Shown one piece after another: positions 12,327-31,450 of a stretch of DNA of 64,000 nt. Source of the DNA: the human T2T-CHM13v2.0 reference genome, Homo sapiens; NCBI RefSeq assembly GCF_009914755.1, contig NC_060931.1; one strand, written 5' to 3'. Under the pieces are notes generated by a model. It was not told the origin of the DNA, did no database searches, and saw only the letters and a list, made by a program, of their open reading frames with translations. A program made the translations under genes and the position numbers. Position 1 is the first letter of the stretch, and each line of letters begins with the position of its first letter.

Positions 12327-15300
12327 AAGTATACATACAATGCATACAATGGCAGGAAATTTGTGGTTTCATAATAGGAATGATGAATCAGGGGAAGGAC
12401 AAATTCCACTGAACCCTGTGCTGGGCCAGAAATTTTGTGCACAGAGGAAACTCATGGGCATTGAAAAATCACATCTAAGAGAAAAATCAGCAGACTCTTG
12501 ACCAAGAGCCAACAAACGGAATCCCTGTTATGCTCTCTTCTGTCCTGGAAAGCTGTGCACAAGCACGAGGGTCCTCCATGGAGGAAGAAGGAGCAGGGGT
12601 GGGTGACATGGAAGGCTTTGGATCTTTTAGGAGCATGGGGACACAGTACCTCAGCCCACCCAACAGGCAGCATCGTTGATTGTCAGGACCACTTCTCTGT
12701 TATTCATGGACATGGCCATCATCCTGAACCCCACCCCACCCCCCAAAAATAAATAAAAAGCAAAAAAGGAAAAGGTGGAAAATATAGTTGCATTTCTATC
12801 TTGGAGAGAAGAGATGATAAAATTTGAGGTCTTTTCTCCTTTCTCTGGAGAAAACTGTCTTCTGCACACAGTATGGGGCAAACTACAGAGAATCAAGAGG
12901 AATAATGAATTCATAGAATTGCATCTTGAGTATTTCACTATGAACTGTCACTTGATATTCCTTCCTTTACAGGCCATCAGTTTCGCCGTCACTTCTATGT
13001 ATAGAGAAAAGGACATGCACTAAAACATTGGGTCAGGAAACTGGTCACTTAAATGCCGTTAGTTCTAACACTTAATGTCCCTATCTTTGGAGCAGTTTTG
13101 TATGGCAGCTACAACTAGATACCTTTAGGTGATATTAACAGCTAAGTATATAACAGACATTTACCATTTTATAGTTATCCAGCACCCAGTTCTCTCCACA
13201 CATACACAGCTTCCTAATAACTCCCCAGTCTCTCCTTGGGGATAACTCAAATGGCGTGTGGTCTTAGTGGGAGGACACTAAGTGCCAGCTCTCACTGTCA
13301 TTTCCTACTTCAGAAGCTGAGGAGCCTGCTCCTTCCTCCACCAGCTCCCTGTTATAGCCAGGGGGCCAGGCAATCAAATATCACTCTTGGGACTGTAAAT
13401 CCTAAGTGAGTGATGCAAAGGAAGAGGACATGGACAGATGCCAAATCCTTTGCAGCAGCACCTGGGGTCCAGCTACTGAGTTAAAGCCTCAATAGACTTT
13501 AAGGTCCTGATGCCAGAGATGTCCTAGCTTCAGTTACTTTCTCAAGTTCCTCTTAATCTGTGAACTCCAATATTCTGCCAGTAACTTCTCATTTGGCATA
13601 ACATATTTAGGGTTGGATTCTGTTGCAGGCAACCAAGAACTCACACCAGGGCTGTTATATACAGCTATGTAGGTTGTACTCTGTACAAGAGAATCCAGCA
13701 AAAGAAACCAGAGGCTGAAATCTAGCCTGAGCTCCATTTGCCAAATTCATGAGGCTAAATTATCCTGCAGTAAGGGGTGAAATTTTCCTGTTTACATAGA
13801 GGCATTGTTTAGGCTGGCAGTGGCCCTGCCCTTGACCCATACATCCCCATTTTCCAGTTGTGAAATAAAGACCTGGAGATTAAGTCATTGACAGTTTTAT
13901 GATTACAGTAATGCAATGACATTGCACTGGGCTCTTCTGCTGCCTTTCTCTCTACCTATATATAGGTTGAATGATTGAACAACCTCTTTATTCCTGCCAG
14001 GAAAATGTGAAAGAAGGAATGTTCCTGCAACAATTCATCCTCCTATGATAAGGCTGACCACAGTCTGTTACCTATTATTTACCCACAATTATTAAAAGGG
14101 TTGAAATTTAAATGTAAAATATATGTATAAATATTTAATACTCCATGCTATGCTACAGTTTTTAATAGTTAACCCTTTACATTCATTAACAATGAAAGAA
14201 AAACAAGTAAAGGACTCAAGAACTTTCCATTAATTTCCTACAAGCTACATTTCTGCCAATTTTATTGAGAGATATCACGGAACGGTAAAGATGACAAATT
14301 TTGCTGTACAATGCTCTATTCCAACCTCTTCAATTTTCCCATGACTGTTTTACATTTCCCATATCTTTTTCTCTCATTTTACATCACAAATTTATACAGA
14401 GGATCTATGGGCTAGTATATACCATGCCTAGCATGTGAACAGCATTATTGTTAAGAAGGAAATTAGAGAGTCACCACACCTTCCATTAGGAATCTAACAG
14501 TTATGCTTCTTTTCCTTTACAGAGTTTCCTTTTACCATATTAAGTCCTCCAGTCTTCCTTTCATGTTACTTTAAGACACTGATCAAAATCTTTTGTTCCT
14601 ACTTCCATTCCCCATAAAAGAAAATTAGATTTGTTTTCAGGCTTTAATCCTGCTAAGATAAAGCAAATCAGCCCTGTTTTTATTACTGTCCAGTCAGTTC
14701 CATCAATCACCGAAGGGAATCACTAAAAGCAATCAGCGAACAAGGTCAACAGCACTCAGCAGAGGGCCAGCACAATGGTACTTTAGCAGATCAAAATGAA
14801 GACTGGGAAAAGGATGACAGTGCTTCACAGCCCTAAGAGGCCCAGGACAGCTTCTCAGGAGTCGTCTCTAAATGGGGAGAAGATAATCGAGAGAAGGGAA
14901 TTATCTTTATTGTGTAACAGGTCTCCCGACATCAAGCTTGTTAAGGTAACAAAGAGCTAAAAGGTTCAGTTGGTGGTTATCGTCATCTTTTCTTGGTACA
15001 GTGACTTAGGTTTTGGACTTTGAGACAAAGGCCTTAATTTCACAGATCTTGTTCTTCTCTAGCAGTTTGTGTTGTCACATATGATAAATAATTACAGAAT
15101 CTCTCACAAAGAGATATAGATATCATTTAGGGTTAATTGGTTGCAAGCAACACAAGACAACTTTGATTAACTTAAGCAGAAAGGGGATTTATTGAAAGGA
15201 AGTGAGAGAGTTATTAGAATCCATCATGAGATTGAAGAGCTGTGCCTGGAGATAGGATCAAAGGTGCTCTGATGGGGAGAGGGTCTCAGAGCAGGAACTA

Positions 15301-17519
15301 TTCAGTGGTCTGGGCTGAATGGACAGTTTTCCTCATCATTATTATCTCTTTTTAAGATAGAAAGTCCTCAATTGGCTTCACCAAGACGGCAGAAAAATGA
15401 AAGAGGGTGGGGAAGGGGAGTAGGGAAAGGAGATGATGGTATTAATTACCCATAAAAAATCTAGATGTTATTAGCAACCTAAATGACAATGTTTTCCCAG
15501 TAGCCAAGATAAAACCAATGTCCACTATGGTATTTAAAAAGAAGTTTTCACCCTAAAGTCCAGGAGCAATCTACTTAACTTGCATTAACAATCATCACAT
15601 AAAGCACACATACGTTTTTCATATGTGAACTAACAGACTACTTTCAGTGAATACAATGCCTGACGCTTGGTAGCTGCTCAATAAATATTTGTTGAATGAA
15701 TAAATTTCTTTTGCAATGTTATTTGTTCTCATCCTTTCTTTATGCCATTTATGTTTCCTAATATCTAGCAAATATTCCATATTCAAAATTGGTGAAATAG
15801 AACCTCTAAAAGAGAAATCTCAGTGCAGTGAGAAGAGTACCCAATTTGATTCATTTCTTGATTCTGCCCAATGTGACCTTGGGGACGGGTCACAATGGCT
15901 TTGAGGTTATTTCTTCATCTGTAAAATGAAGTGGTAGAGGTAGATGCTTTTTAAGCATCCATCCAATTCTATAAGTCTAACATCATGGTCACAAATATAT
16001 AGATGACAGAGACTCAGAAAACTTAGGAAAAATGTTTATAATTTTCACAGTATGAAGTGGTTGTACCCTGAATCTGGACAGAAAGTAAAACCTAACTTAC
16101 TTGGTAGTATTTAGGAGAAATTGCCAGTAATGTAGAACATCTAGATCACTGTTATCAAACTTTAAAAGAAAGGCAGCAGAATCAAGTTTTCAAATGAAAT
16201 CGTATGCTGAATTCCAATGTCTAAAACAAATAAAAGTCAAACTATTCTGACTGAAACAAAAGAGGGTTGCCTAGAGCCTCATACTCACACCCTTTCCCAC
16301 AATTTCCTGGGAACACCATTTGACATCACTCATTTAATTCCTGATTGACTATTCCTAAATTTTTCTGTACCTTGAAATAGTTTTAAAATGAGATATCAAG
16401 TTTAATTTGGATAAGAAAAATTAAGAAAAAAGCTTTACATGGAAAAATAAAAGTATATATGCTCTCTTTCAGAGTCAGTTGACTTAAAGACAATTTTATT
16501 AGTCTACAACAATAAATTTTAATTTGTAAAGCAAAATAAAATCTAGCAGCACTGTTTGATACAATAGTCTTGGTCTAGTCCCTACATTATGAACTAGTAT
16601 TATATAGACTTGTATCAAATGGTGAAAACTTAGCTTCCAAAACGAGACTTATTTAACAAGTTAAATATAAAATATGAAGAAACTTCTTCAATATATAAAT
16701 CAATAGCTTTAATTTTTTTAACTGTCTTACTTAAGAGGAATGATGTATATGTCCCTGAAACCAAAGTAATTTTGCATATGCCTTTTTTAATCACCAAAGA
16801 AGTAATTGTTGAAAGATAGTAAAAGACATAAACACACATTGTCATCTCTGTGGCTCATTGTAGTGGCCTTATTAGCTTTAGCAAAAAGAAGCAATTGTTC
16901 TTCTCATAAAATCAGTATCCTGTCCATTCCACTACTTTGAAATATCATCATCAAAATCATTAAGACACATCCTATTAACTTGGACCATGGATTTCTATAC
17001 ATAAAATACCAACCGGGAGTCTTTGTTTTTGAGTACGAGTTTTGAAAAATTAAAACATCTTTGTTAAATCTTTATTTATGAACCCTAACATAGACAAAAG
17101 CACATCATTTATACCTTAAATAAGGGATTAATCTTGGTGATCGATTTGTTGAAGTTATTGAGCTTTAATGATGCCATTATTTTTAATCAAAGCAAAAAGC
17201 TATGAAGATTTTTCTGAAAGACATTTCACCATAGGCAGCAATAAAAAAGTATATTTCTTAGTCATTAGTGATCTGATTGACCTCTTTTGCCAGGACATAA
17301 GGTTTAAATTGTCTAGATACAACCAATTAGATATGAAATGGCTTATTACACGGATTTGTGACTCACAATCAAGAAGAAAGGCAAAGCCCATCTCCCATTG
17401 TTATAAAAGGTCTCTACTGTTTCCTAATCTATGCTGATTCTGCCAATCATTCTTCTGATCTCTTGATTCAATGGTTTTAAGATTCACTTTATAGCAAATA
17501 TTTAAGACACACCAAGTGA

Positions 17520-17978
17520 TGTAGCAGATGTGCTTGGTGCCCTGCCCTTATTTCTTCATCATTTACCACTTCCACGCAGGAAAGCTCCACTTTCAGCTGC
17601 CAGCGACTGTAATTCTGTCTGAATACTTTCTGTGGTAGCCAGAGCCTACTCTGCCCACACATGGGTCATACCAGAAGATACTGGGGGATTTTCCTGAGTA
17701 ACTCTCAACCAATGACTGACGAGTTGATAAATACTCTGACTCCCCTCCCCTAGGACAGGATAACTCTAAGATATGTTGTATATAGCCTCCTAGAGTTCCC
17801 AGGTGGAACTGAAGTCGAATTCCCTATGGTGTAACTTGCTAGATATACACTCTTTTTTAGCTTCTCTCTCTTTCCTGACTCACTTCCCCACTCCCCTAGT
17901 ACTTCTGTAATAAAATACTCACATTTGAATCCTTATCTCTATTCTAAGTTGCTTCTGAGACAACCCACAGTAAGACAA
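17520..17978 (+). mobile_element. LTR16-like ERVL solo LTR
   Basis: tgtagcagatg...tctcaaccaatgactgac...aataaaatactcacatttgaatccttatctc...taagaca. Confidence 0.7.
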
Positions 17979-19153
17979 GGGGATATAAACATGAATACAA
18001 TGGGAGTTCTACTTTTAAGGAATACAGTCTATAACAGAAAACCATTAATAAACACAACCAACAACAAAAAGAGTAACTAAGAGGAGAAATACACAATGTT
18101 ACATTGTAAACAGGGGTGTGCCGGCCCAGGCAAAGATGATAATCTAGAGTTTTAAATGTGTTGTGCACTACTGGAATGTTAGCTAATGGTTCTTCCTGTA
18201 ACTCTAAATATTATCCTCATCAGTGAAAAGTGGCAAGACTTTCTCTAATAGTCACCTAGTCTAAGAAAGTCGTCTTACAAGGGTAACAAAGAGGGTAGGA
18301 GTATAAGCTTTCTTCAATTTCATGACAGCTAAAGAGGAATCAGAATAACATTATAGCGATTCTACCTGACCAGTGAATTAAAACTACGGTTAATATAAAA
18401 TGGAATTTATCCTTGTATCAACCTTTTTGACAACCCATCAACCCTCAAGGCAAATATGTGGAGAGCAAAATGAAATCAATATTCTGGCCATTGTTTGTCA
18501 TTAGTTTCTGACACACAAGGAGTTGGCTATTGCAATGCAACAGCAGTGAACAAAAAATCAGGCAGTATTGGAGAGCAATTTTTAGGAGGTCGTGTTGTAG
18601 AATAATCAAGTAGATACCTTAGCTTAAATGATCAGGGAAGGCCTGACTTAAGAGGATGAGGAGGGCAAGCATCCCAGGGAACAACTGGTGCAAAATCACC
18701 TAGCCTTTCCATGTTCAAGCAACTGCATGTAGTTTAATCACTTTTTGCTTGGGTGATATATCTTTGATTTACTCTTCAGAAGTGATCAAAATATGACAAT
18801 ACTGAAAATCAAGTGGTGTGTGTCAATAAGATTGGCAGGAGCCAGACTACATTGGGCTTTACAAGTAGTTTAGATTTTATGCTGCTTTTAAGAAGCACTG
18901 ACAGCATTTGAGGAAAATGGTGACATGATCTAAATTTCAACAATGCGGTGTTTTTTCTAGAATAGATTATAGGGCAGAAAGAGTAGAAGTAGGGAGACTG
19001 GCTAGGTAATAATTGCAGTAAATCCTAATAAGCAACAGTGATAGTACTAATACTAGTAGTGGGAGTAGATAGATTCTTAATTTATCAGTTAAGCTGTTTC
19101 TGGGTACAAGTAACAAAACACCCAACCTAAGATTTCTTAAATAAGGACGTTTG

Positions 19154-21681
<2,528 letters not shown>

Positions 21682-24249
21682 AAATAAGGACGTTTGTAGG
21701 CTTGTTTTACAGGAGGCCTTGTCCTAGAGCAAGTTCAATGACATCATCAAAGAATCCTCTTCCAGACTTTCTAATCTTCACCCTCAAACTGCAATAGTTG
21801 TTATATGACTGTCACTAGCAATTGAGACTACATGCTCCCTTATTTATATTTGGAGGGAAAGGCTGGCTTTGTGTGCTATTTTATGAAGCAGGATTTTTCT
21901 CTGCCAGATGCTTCTAGCCCCACTTTTGATTCATTGCCCCAAATTTATTTAAAGCTGTCCATCCTTGTATCCAATCACTTGTACGGGGCACGGGATTACT
22001 AAGATTGGCTTAAGATGAAACACACCCCACCCTGAGCTGGGAATGGTGTTGGCTTGCCTTGTGAAAGAAGGCTTGGCCCATGTGAAAGAAAGATGGATAT
22101 CTAACCGTTTGGGGGGCGGGGGAGGCAGGGGAGATGAGGATTCATTAGGAAAGGGGAAGGGAAGAATGGAAAAGGCAAGCACTGTACTAACTACATGAAA
22201 TATGCATTTGAGGCAGAGTTGATAGGGCTCACCAATGGATTGGATATTGGGAGAACAGAAGATTCAATAAGTTTCTATATTTTTGGCTTAAACAATTGGG
22301 TTGAATGTGGGTCTATTTACTGAGGTGGGGAAGACTGGAGGAAAGATCAGGTTTGAGAAGGATAATGAAGGGTTCTCTTCTCATCAAGTTAATTTTAACT
22401 CAGACATGGAGAGGTAATCAAGTTGTTAGTTGAATATATGAGATTAGAGTTTCAGGGAGAGGTCAAAACAGGAGATTTGGAATCATACATGTGGAATTGG
22501 TTTAAAAGCAACTGACACTGGTGAGATTACTAAAGAGAACATATGGATACAGCAAGAAGTAAACTCAGGACACTTAAAGGCAGAGTGCAATAGGAGCCAT
22601 TAAGGTAGCTGGAAAATCCAAGGCCAGTCCCCCAGCATCATGTGTATGGGTGGAATGAGGGTGGTGCTAATTGTCAGCTCTCTGCCAAGTGGGTGGGATG
22701 TGTTACCTCTCTCAAAATGGGAAGTGTGGAACAGGAAGGATATAAATGTTTAAAAATATACAGTGCAGACGACAACATGCTGTAGAAAGCATTATTAATA
22801 TAACATTCAATCTTTCAAAAGGGACTTGGCTCATTATGATAGTCCTCTAAACTTTTAGTGGGAATAGGATGGACATGCCATCCCCTACAGCAATTCTATG
22901 CCAAGGCCTAATGAAAAATGCTGACCATTATTACATCTACAATTTCATTTCAAACAGAACTGAATTTTGGAAAATAATTATGAAAAATTATAGGGGAAAA
23001 AAGGGAGTCATTGCTAACAGAAACATTTATGTCTGTATCAATAAAAACTTCTACCATGGAGTAAATTTGCAGCAAACTTCATTTTTTCTGTGTAGCTACT
23101 CAACTAAAATTTAAGGAGCATTTATGTAAGACTATATTAAGTGCTGTTGAAAGAGAAACCCTAAGTTGTGCAGAATAGTCCCTTCCATTGAAGACGTTTT
23201 TTGTTTCGTTTTGTTTGGAACCACTTCCTGAGTGACTATGGGCAAATTATTCAGCATCTTGGTGCTTTTCTTCATATATGAAATGTACATGATAACATTA
23301 CCTATCTCAGGGTTGTTGTGAAGATTAACACATATAAATAGCTGAGAACAACGTCTGGTACATAGTAAGCATCAGTTATTAAGGGGAGGTAAGGCAACTC
23401 CCATATAAGTGGTAGCATGGCTCAGTAAAAAAAAAAAAAAAAAAATTGATTGATTACCACCACTATATTATCACATGCTAATCTTCAGCTCAGCCCTGCA
23501 GGGATTCTTTCCATTTTATAGAACAGGAAAACTGTTAATAGGCTGTTCTGAAACTTAACACACAACTAATAAGTGGTCTAATTATGAGTCAAACCTTGAA
23601 GTAACATCAGAACTCATGCACTTTCCAAAATATCTGCAAGAAACCCAAGAGTCCGGAAACCTAGATTCTAGCTCTGTATATGCCACCTATTAGCTGTTGC
23701 AATCCTGGGCCCTTTTACTTCCTAACTTACTCTGAGACTGTTTTCTATTTGACAAAATTGTTTACAATAAACAGGCCTCTCCTCCCTGCTTCACAGGGTG
23801 GGTCACTGTGAAGGTCAAATGAGAGAAATCTACAAATTGTAAAATTTCAAATAATAATTTTTTTCATCTGCCTGACTAATCTCCTTTCCTACTTCAGATG
23901 TGTTTTTATCATCCTGATGTCAAATACCAATTTTCGGGTACCCAATCCTTAACAACTACTACCTAAATTTTGATATTTAATTAAGGACAAAACACTGGAT
24001 AACTACAAATAACCCATTAAAGCCTCTGCTCAACTCCTATGAGGTTTCAAAATTATACCTCAATAATTTAAAATCATCACATTAAGTGGCCATCATTCAG
24101 GCCATCACTTAATACTGTCAGTAATCTGACACTGTTAGGGTGACCACATCCTGTAACCACAGACCAAAATATTGAGAAAATGCACATCAAAATACTTCTT
24201 AGCATGTTACAACATCAACATAGCTGCCTGTGCTTCATTATATTTATAA

Positions 24250-25447
<1,198 letters not shown>

Positions 25448-26422
25448 AAAAGTATCACTTATCCATTCAAAACTTTTATACTTTCCAAAGTTCTTTGGTG
25501 TTCCTTATTCCATTTGATCATCTAGCAGTTCCGTTAGGCAGGCAAGGTAGGTTTATGCTTGTCTTAAAAACAGAAACATATTTATGCTCAAAATCATTTT
25601 GAAGTATAACTTGTATTTCAGGCCACCAACCCCTATTTTGGTATCTGCACTGCATTGTTACATAAATTTTACATTTGAAATTACTCAACACTACAGATTG
25701 ATTGTAGTTCTTAGTAACAACATTTACATTTGAAAATATTCCTAAAAAATACCCCGTACATTTAAGTCATCACAAAGAATCCTTTACAAACCAAATTAAA
25801 TCTCCCATTCACAAAAGTGATGTGGCAACAGCTATCACTCTGTGAAAACTCAGTTGTACTAAATGAGCCTGCTATGTAGTACCTGAAAATATGCACTTGT
25901 TGATAAAGTATCTTGAGCCCACTTCCTCAATTTTAATAGAAGACACCATTCTTACTGTGATTAAACTACTTTGGACTTTAAGTACCAATAATACGCTAAC
26001 AACCATTAATAATATTATTAATGGCTCAGGAACTAAGTAAATTACAGCAATTTAAAATGATTAATATTTTTAAAACACAGGTTTTGAAAGGTCACCTTAT
26101 AAATGTCAGCAAATGTTGCCTAAGCTATCAAAATACAGAAGAGATTAAGGTTCAATGTGATGTAAAAGAAATTCCTTATAAAATAGAAGTAACAATTAAT
26201 TGATGTGGTTTAAGAAAAGTACTGAATTGGGAATCAGGTGAAATCTACTCCAGATCATTTAACCTGAGCCTCACTCAGTTAACATTAAAAAAAAAAAAGA
26301 AAATTTCATAATATGAAATTTTACTATCTATATATAATAAGGTTTTGGAAAATCATGACAAGAAAATTGATTAGAAGCAAAAGATTAAGACTTCTGAACC
26401 AAACCAAGATTATATCAAAACA

Positions 26423-26428
26423 TTTATT
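26423..26428 (-). terminator. SEM1: Polyadenylation signal AATAAA of canonical SEM1 mRNA
   Basis: tttatt on plus, ~140 nt after the stop; GU-rich element (cttggtttggtt on minus) ~20-30 nt further downstream. Confidence 0.85.
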
Positions 26429-26566
26429 TTTTGTGTTACAAAAACACAAATAAATCCAAGCAGATAATGAAATAAACACATTTTTTTAGTGTCCCATCCT
26501 GGGTTCTCTGCCCTAGAATGTATTAAGCAGGTCAAGTTTAGGTTACTTCAACACTTCTTCTGGATG

Positions 26567-26609
26567 CTATGAAGTCTCCATCTTATAACCATGTTTCTCT
26601 AGTTCAGCT
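26567..26609 (-). CDS. SEM1: SEM1 coding exon 3, canonical C-terminus (AELEKHGYKMETS*)
   Basis: Acceptor ttctgttttatcttag|AGCTGAA; TAG at 26569-26567; 76+94+43=213 nt = 70 aa + stop. Confidence 0.98.
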
Positions 26610-28333
26610 CTAAGATAAAACAGAAAGAACATCACTAGGTATTCTTTATAATAAACATTCTTTTAGAAACAATACAATAAATAAACAAATAAATGAGCTA
26701 TGCCTGAGACATCAATTTACAATACCACTGAATAGTTTTACTTTTGTCTCTGAAAAAAAAACATAAGAAAATTGGATATGAGTCAATATAATACTATAAA
26801 ATTTTGTTTTTCCCATTATTTAACTTGTATTTTATCTTCCTTAATTTTCTTATAAGTCTATTTGTGGAAGAAATGTGAGGGACTTACTGCTATCCTTCAA
26901 ATACTTTCCAAATGCTATATGAATGTTCTGTTCCTAATAAATATTTAAACATAAGTTTTGAGACTCATTAACCTCAGGCAAAGTACACATCACTATCAAA
27001 CCTTTAGGGATTTTACAATGATCATAACAGGTATTACTATATTACTGTTGTATATGCAGAAAGAATAAACAGATTGCTTTCCATATTGACATATATGTAT
27101 TGCTCTAACCTTATTTGCCACAATTCAAAGTTTATGACAAAATTAGTAGATGGCTAATCCATGATAAAACACTGAGTAAACTTAAAGTATGATTAATATG
27201 CTTTACATCATTACATCCAATAAGATAGACATTTGTTCTCAAGTAAATTTGGCTTAGACACCACTACACTATTCCAATGCAAACACATGACCGGAATAAT
27301 GTATAGTATTTAGCATTCATTTCTCAAAACTCCTTTGCTTTCCTAAAATTTTTAGTTATTTAGAATACAAATAGTGAGCTAATTTCCATAAATTATATCA
27401 AGGCCACAGATTGTTCAAATGAATCATCCTTGTCTTCTGCTATGGGGTGGTGGTATAAACCCTGGATTAGGAGTCAAGACTCCAGTGCAAGACTCTGACT
27501 CTGGCCCTTCCTTTGCTAACTAATTTGCTTCCTTTGGGCCCTTCCCCTGCCCCTCAGGAAACTGGAGATTATAGTATCTGCCCTTCATTTATAACAACTT
27601 ATCTCCATTGTTTTGAGAGCTAAATGAGAGAAAGTTATACAAATGTAATGTAGTATACATTAAAATAAGAGTCAAGGCTGAAAGGAAAAGCTAAAAGATT
27701 CTGATGATCACAGAAAACTCAAATGTTTCATACAAAAACTCTTGCTGCCAATCTTGAGGGAATGTGGTAACTGTCTTTGAATTTTATCTCATGTTAAAAT
27801 TTTATAATTTATTTAAAATAAAAGTAATTTTACAACTTTCTTAAACCTTAGTTTTCTACTCTGTAGAATATTCACTTTAACAGCAGCAACAAAAACAATG
27901 AACAAAAAAACCCCAAAGTTCAACCTACAATTTAAGTAACAAGTATACCAAATCTGTCCTTCAGGTTTGTGTCTATTGGCTTTCCTAATGGGAGGTGGCT
28001 GGTCACTAACTGCATGTATAAATTGTTTACAATCACAAACAAGATGATGAAATGCTCTTCTATCAGCTAAATTCTTAGAAAAGATGAAAAATTCTTTGCT
28101 AGAATTTAAAAAACCAAAAGAAAAAAATTGAGGCCACCAAGTACAAAACAAAAACACTAATAATCATGAGGCTGCTGAGTGGAAAAATCAACAAAGACAA
28201 AAATAGAAAACCTCAGCACAACTGTTAATATCATACGACATACACAGTGAACATACACTATCTGAAACGAAAACAGCAGCAGTCTTTGTGCAACAAAACA
28301 AGAAAAAAGACTAATGGCCACTAGTAGGTTTGA

Positions 28334-28713
<380 letters not shown>

Positions 28714-28843
28714 TATACTGGCTTCTTAGAGTTTTTATGTAAGACGTGAAATAGGGTTGAGAAAAATCATACTACTACCTATTTCTCTTAATACATAAAC
28801 AAATGATATCAGAAGCTGCAAAATCAGAATGACTTTGAGTTAC

Positions 28844-28877
28844 CTGGAAGAACAAAGTGGCCTTATTCTTTCTACTT
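28844..28877 (-). other. Candidate 34-nt cassette exon in SEM1 intron 2
   Basis: Acceptor tctttctctttccgtgtaattacctttaacag|AAG, donor CAG|gtaact. Confidence 0.3.
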
Positions 28878-29354
28878 CTGTTAAAGGTAATTACACGGAA
28901 AGAGAAAGACGAATGTGGAAAGTGGGGGGCCTGCGACATGGACAGTTTTTATTTAACACACACACACCACAGTCTAAGCACTCTACACATGTTAAATCAC
29001 TTAAACGTTATAATAACTCTAGCAGTAAAGCACTAATTATCATCTGAGTTTTATGTGTGACAAAAGTAGGTCACAGAAAGGCTAAGTGAGTTGCCCAAGG
29101 TTCATATGGCTAAATAGGAGGCAGATCTGGGGTTGGAACCCCAGCAATCTGATTCACACTAGAGTCTGAGATGCCTCTCCACTGTTAAATAGGATTAGGA
29201 CCAAATAACATCAGACAACAGTAAACTCCATTCTTTACCATGACTTATGATACTATGTTAAGGGTTTCCATGTACTTTACAGAAAAGACTAGGAAGAATA
29301 ACTTTGTGTGAGTCTTTTAATCAAGACAAATTTTTTAAAGCAAGGATTGTGCGA

Positions 29355-29537
29355 GGCTGTTTTATTCAATATGGTAGTCATATGTGGCTATTTTAATTGA
29401 ATAAAACAAAAAATTCAGTCCCTTAGCTGTGCTAGCCACATTTCATGTGCTTAGTAGCCAAATGTAACTGATTGCTTCTATACAGCAGCTTCTCAAACAT
29501 TTCCATCACTACAGCAAGTTCTATTTGACACCACTGG
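29355..29537. mobile_element. MER3-type hAT fossil
   Basis: atatgtggctatt...ctagccacatttcatgtgcttagtagcca. Confidence 0.7.
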
Positions 29538-30974
29538 CAATGTGGCAACAATCTTAGTGAAGAAAGAACTCATGACTCAAATGGGGAAATAAAAAGAAAA
29601 ATCTTATTCACTAATGGAGGCATCAAGATTTATATACCTCAGGCAAAAAACAACAACAGTGAAAAAACAACAAAAATAGATTTATATACCTATAGAAATC
29701 CACAAACCTAAAGGCAGAAACACAAGAGTACATAATGGCACTGTGGGGGTGTATTATAAAAACAGTAAGCCACAAATATATAATGTTCTATTTCTAAAGC
29801 AATAAAAAGGCAACATGTAATGATGTGAAATCTAATTATCAATACATTTACTACTGAAAGTTTCTTGGTAAAAATTATAGTATTCAACAATGTATCAATC
29901 AGTTTTAAGAGAAAAGTGCTAATGAAAGACATAAAAGAAACAAAACTTCAAAGAAATTTGACTATTTTGAATGTCAAAGGAAGAAAACTTGTTTAGCCTC
30001 AATTTCAAAATGTCAAAAACATATCAGGAAGAAAACTCTGACACGTGATTAAAAACACAGAGTAGAGATCAACAGCATTTGGAAGACCTGAAAATAAATA
30101 GTCTAATAGCATAATGATGCCAAGGCGGAACAAAAGGGAATGTATATTTTTCAAAAGCTAGTAGGGTGTTCTCTAATGTGGCTCATTTTTTGAAGGACAT
30201 AAAACAAAGACAGATATAAAAAGAAAGGGCATGAGCTTGTACACATAGAATTAATCTGATCCTCGAAATAAACTGAAATCTGTAAAAAGAACAGAAGGGG
30301 CTTCTAAGAGCCATATACTGATCATGAAGAATGAGAAAGAGCAGGTACAATGCTTGGAACAGATGATGTAACATTAACAGATTTTAGAGAAAAAGCAGGA
30401 TTATTGTTCAATAGCTATCATTTTTATCTTGTCCATAAAACTATAAAAGGAAAAACAACATAATTAAGACAAAATTGAAAACTAAGACAGGTAAGATAAC
30501 TGCATTAAGGCAGTTTAAAATCTCAAGGCTCTGGATAATTACATCTCAGGGTACTAGAAGAACCAAAAGATGTAGTCAAAAATCAGTCAGCAATATTTGA
30601 GACACGGAAATGAAAAACTGTAGAAGTATCAGTATAACAGTGAAAGGTAAATTATACTATTTCTAAAAATGAGAAAAAAAGTAGATAGGTAAAATTATTA
30701 TCAGTCTCCAGCAAAATTCTAAGTCTTTATAGAGCCAATAAAAAAAAATGCAGTGTAGGAGCTGGTGCTACTGCATTACTATTAGAAATCAAAGTTTAAA
30801 AATTTATTATAAACTATTTCACTTTCTGTTTGAACAAGCTTACTAGACTAGTAAATTAGAAGACTGGAATACATATATCTTCTATATCTTTACTTGAGCA
30901 AAGTATATGACAGTCTATTTATTCTTGTAGCCAAGACAAATAAATACAGCCTGAATCAAAATAAAATTAGGAGG

Positions 30975-31402
30975 GAAAAAAGTCTCTTCAACAAATGGTG
31001 CTGGAAAGACTAGACATCTATATGCAGAAGAATGAGCTGAAGCCCTATTTCATAACATATACAAAAATTAACCCAAAGCAAAGACTGACATGTAAGAGCA
31101 AAAACTATAAAGCTCTTAGAAGAAAACAAAGATAAATCTTCATTACATTGAATTTGCCAATGAATTCTTAAATATGACACCAAAAGCACAAATAACAAAA
31201 GAAAAAATAGATTAAAATACGGCTATAATTTAAAACAAAAAAGAAAAATAAGTTTTGGCAAGGATGTGGAGAGACTGAAACCTTCACACCCTGCTAGTAC
31301 GAACGCTAGTGAGAACATAAATTGTTCAACTGCTGTAGAAAACAGCTTGGCAGTTCCTCAAAAAGTTAAATATAGAATTAACGTATGACCCAACAATTCC
31401 AC

Positions 31403-31450
<48 letters not shown>

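Noticed and set aside
22110-22160. G-rich run, possible G-quadruplex
   Set aside because: Does not give four clean closely spaced G3 tracts; low-complexity purine patch within degraded repeat.
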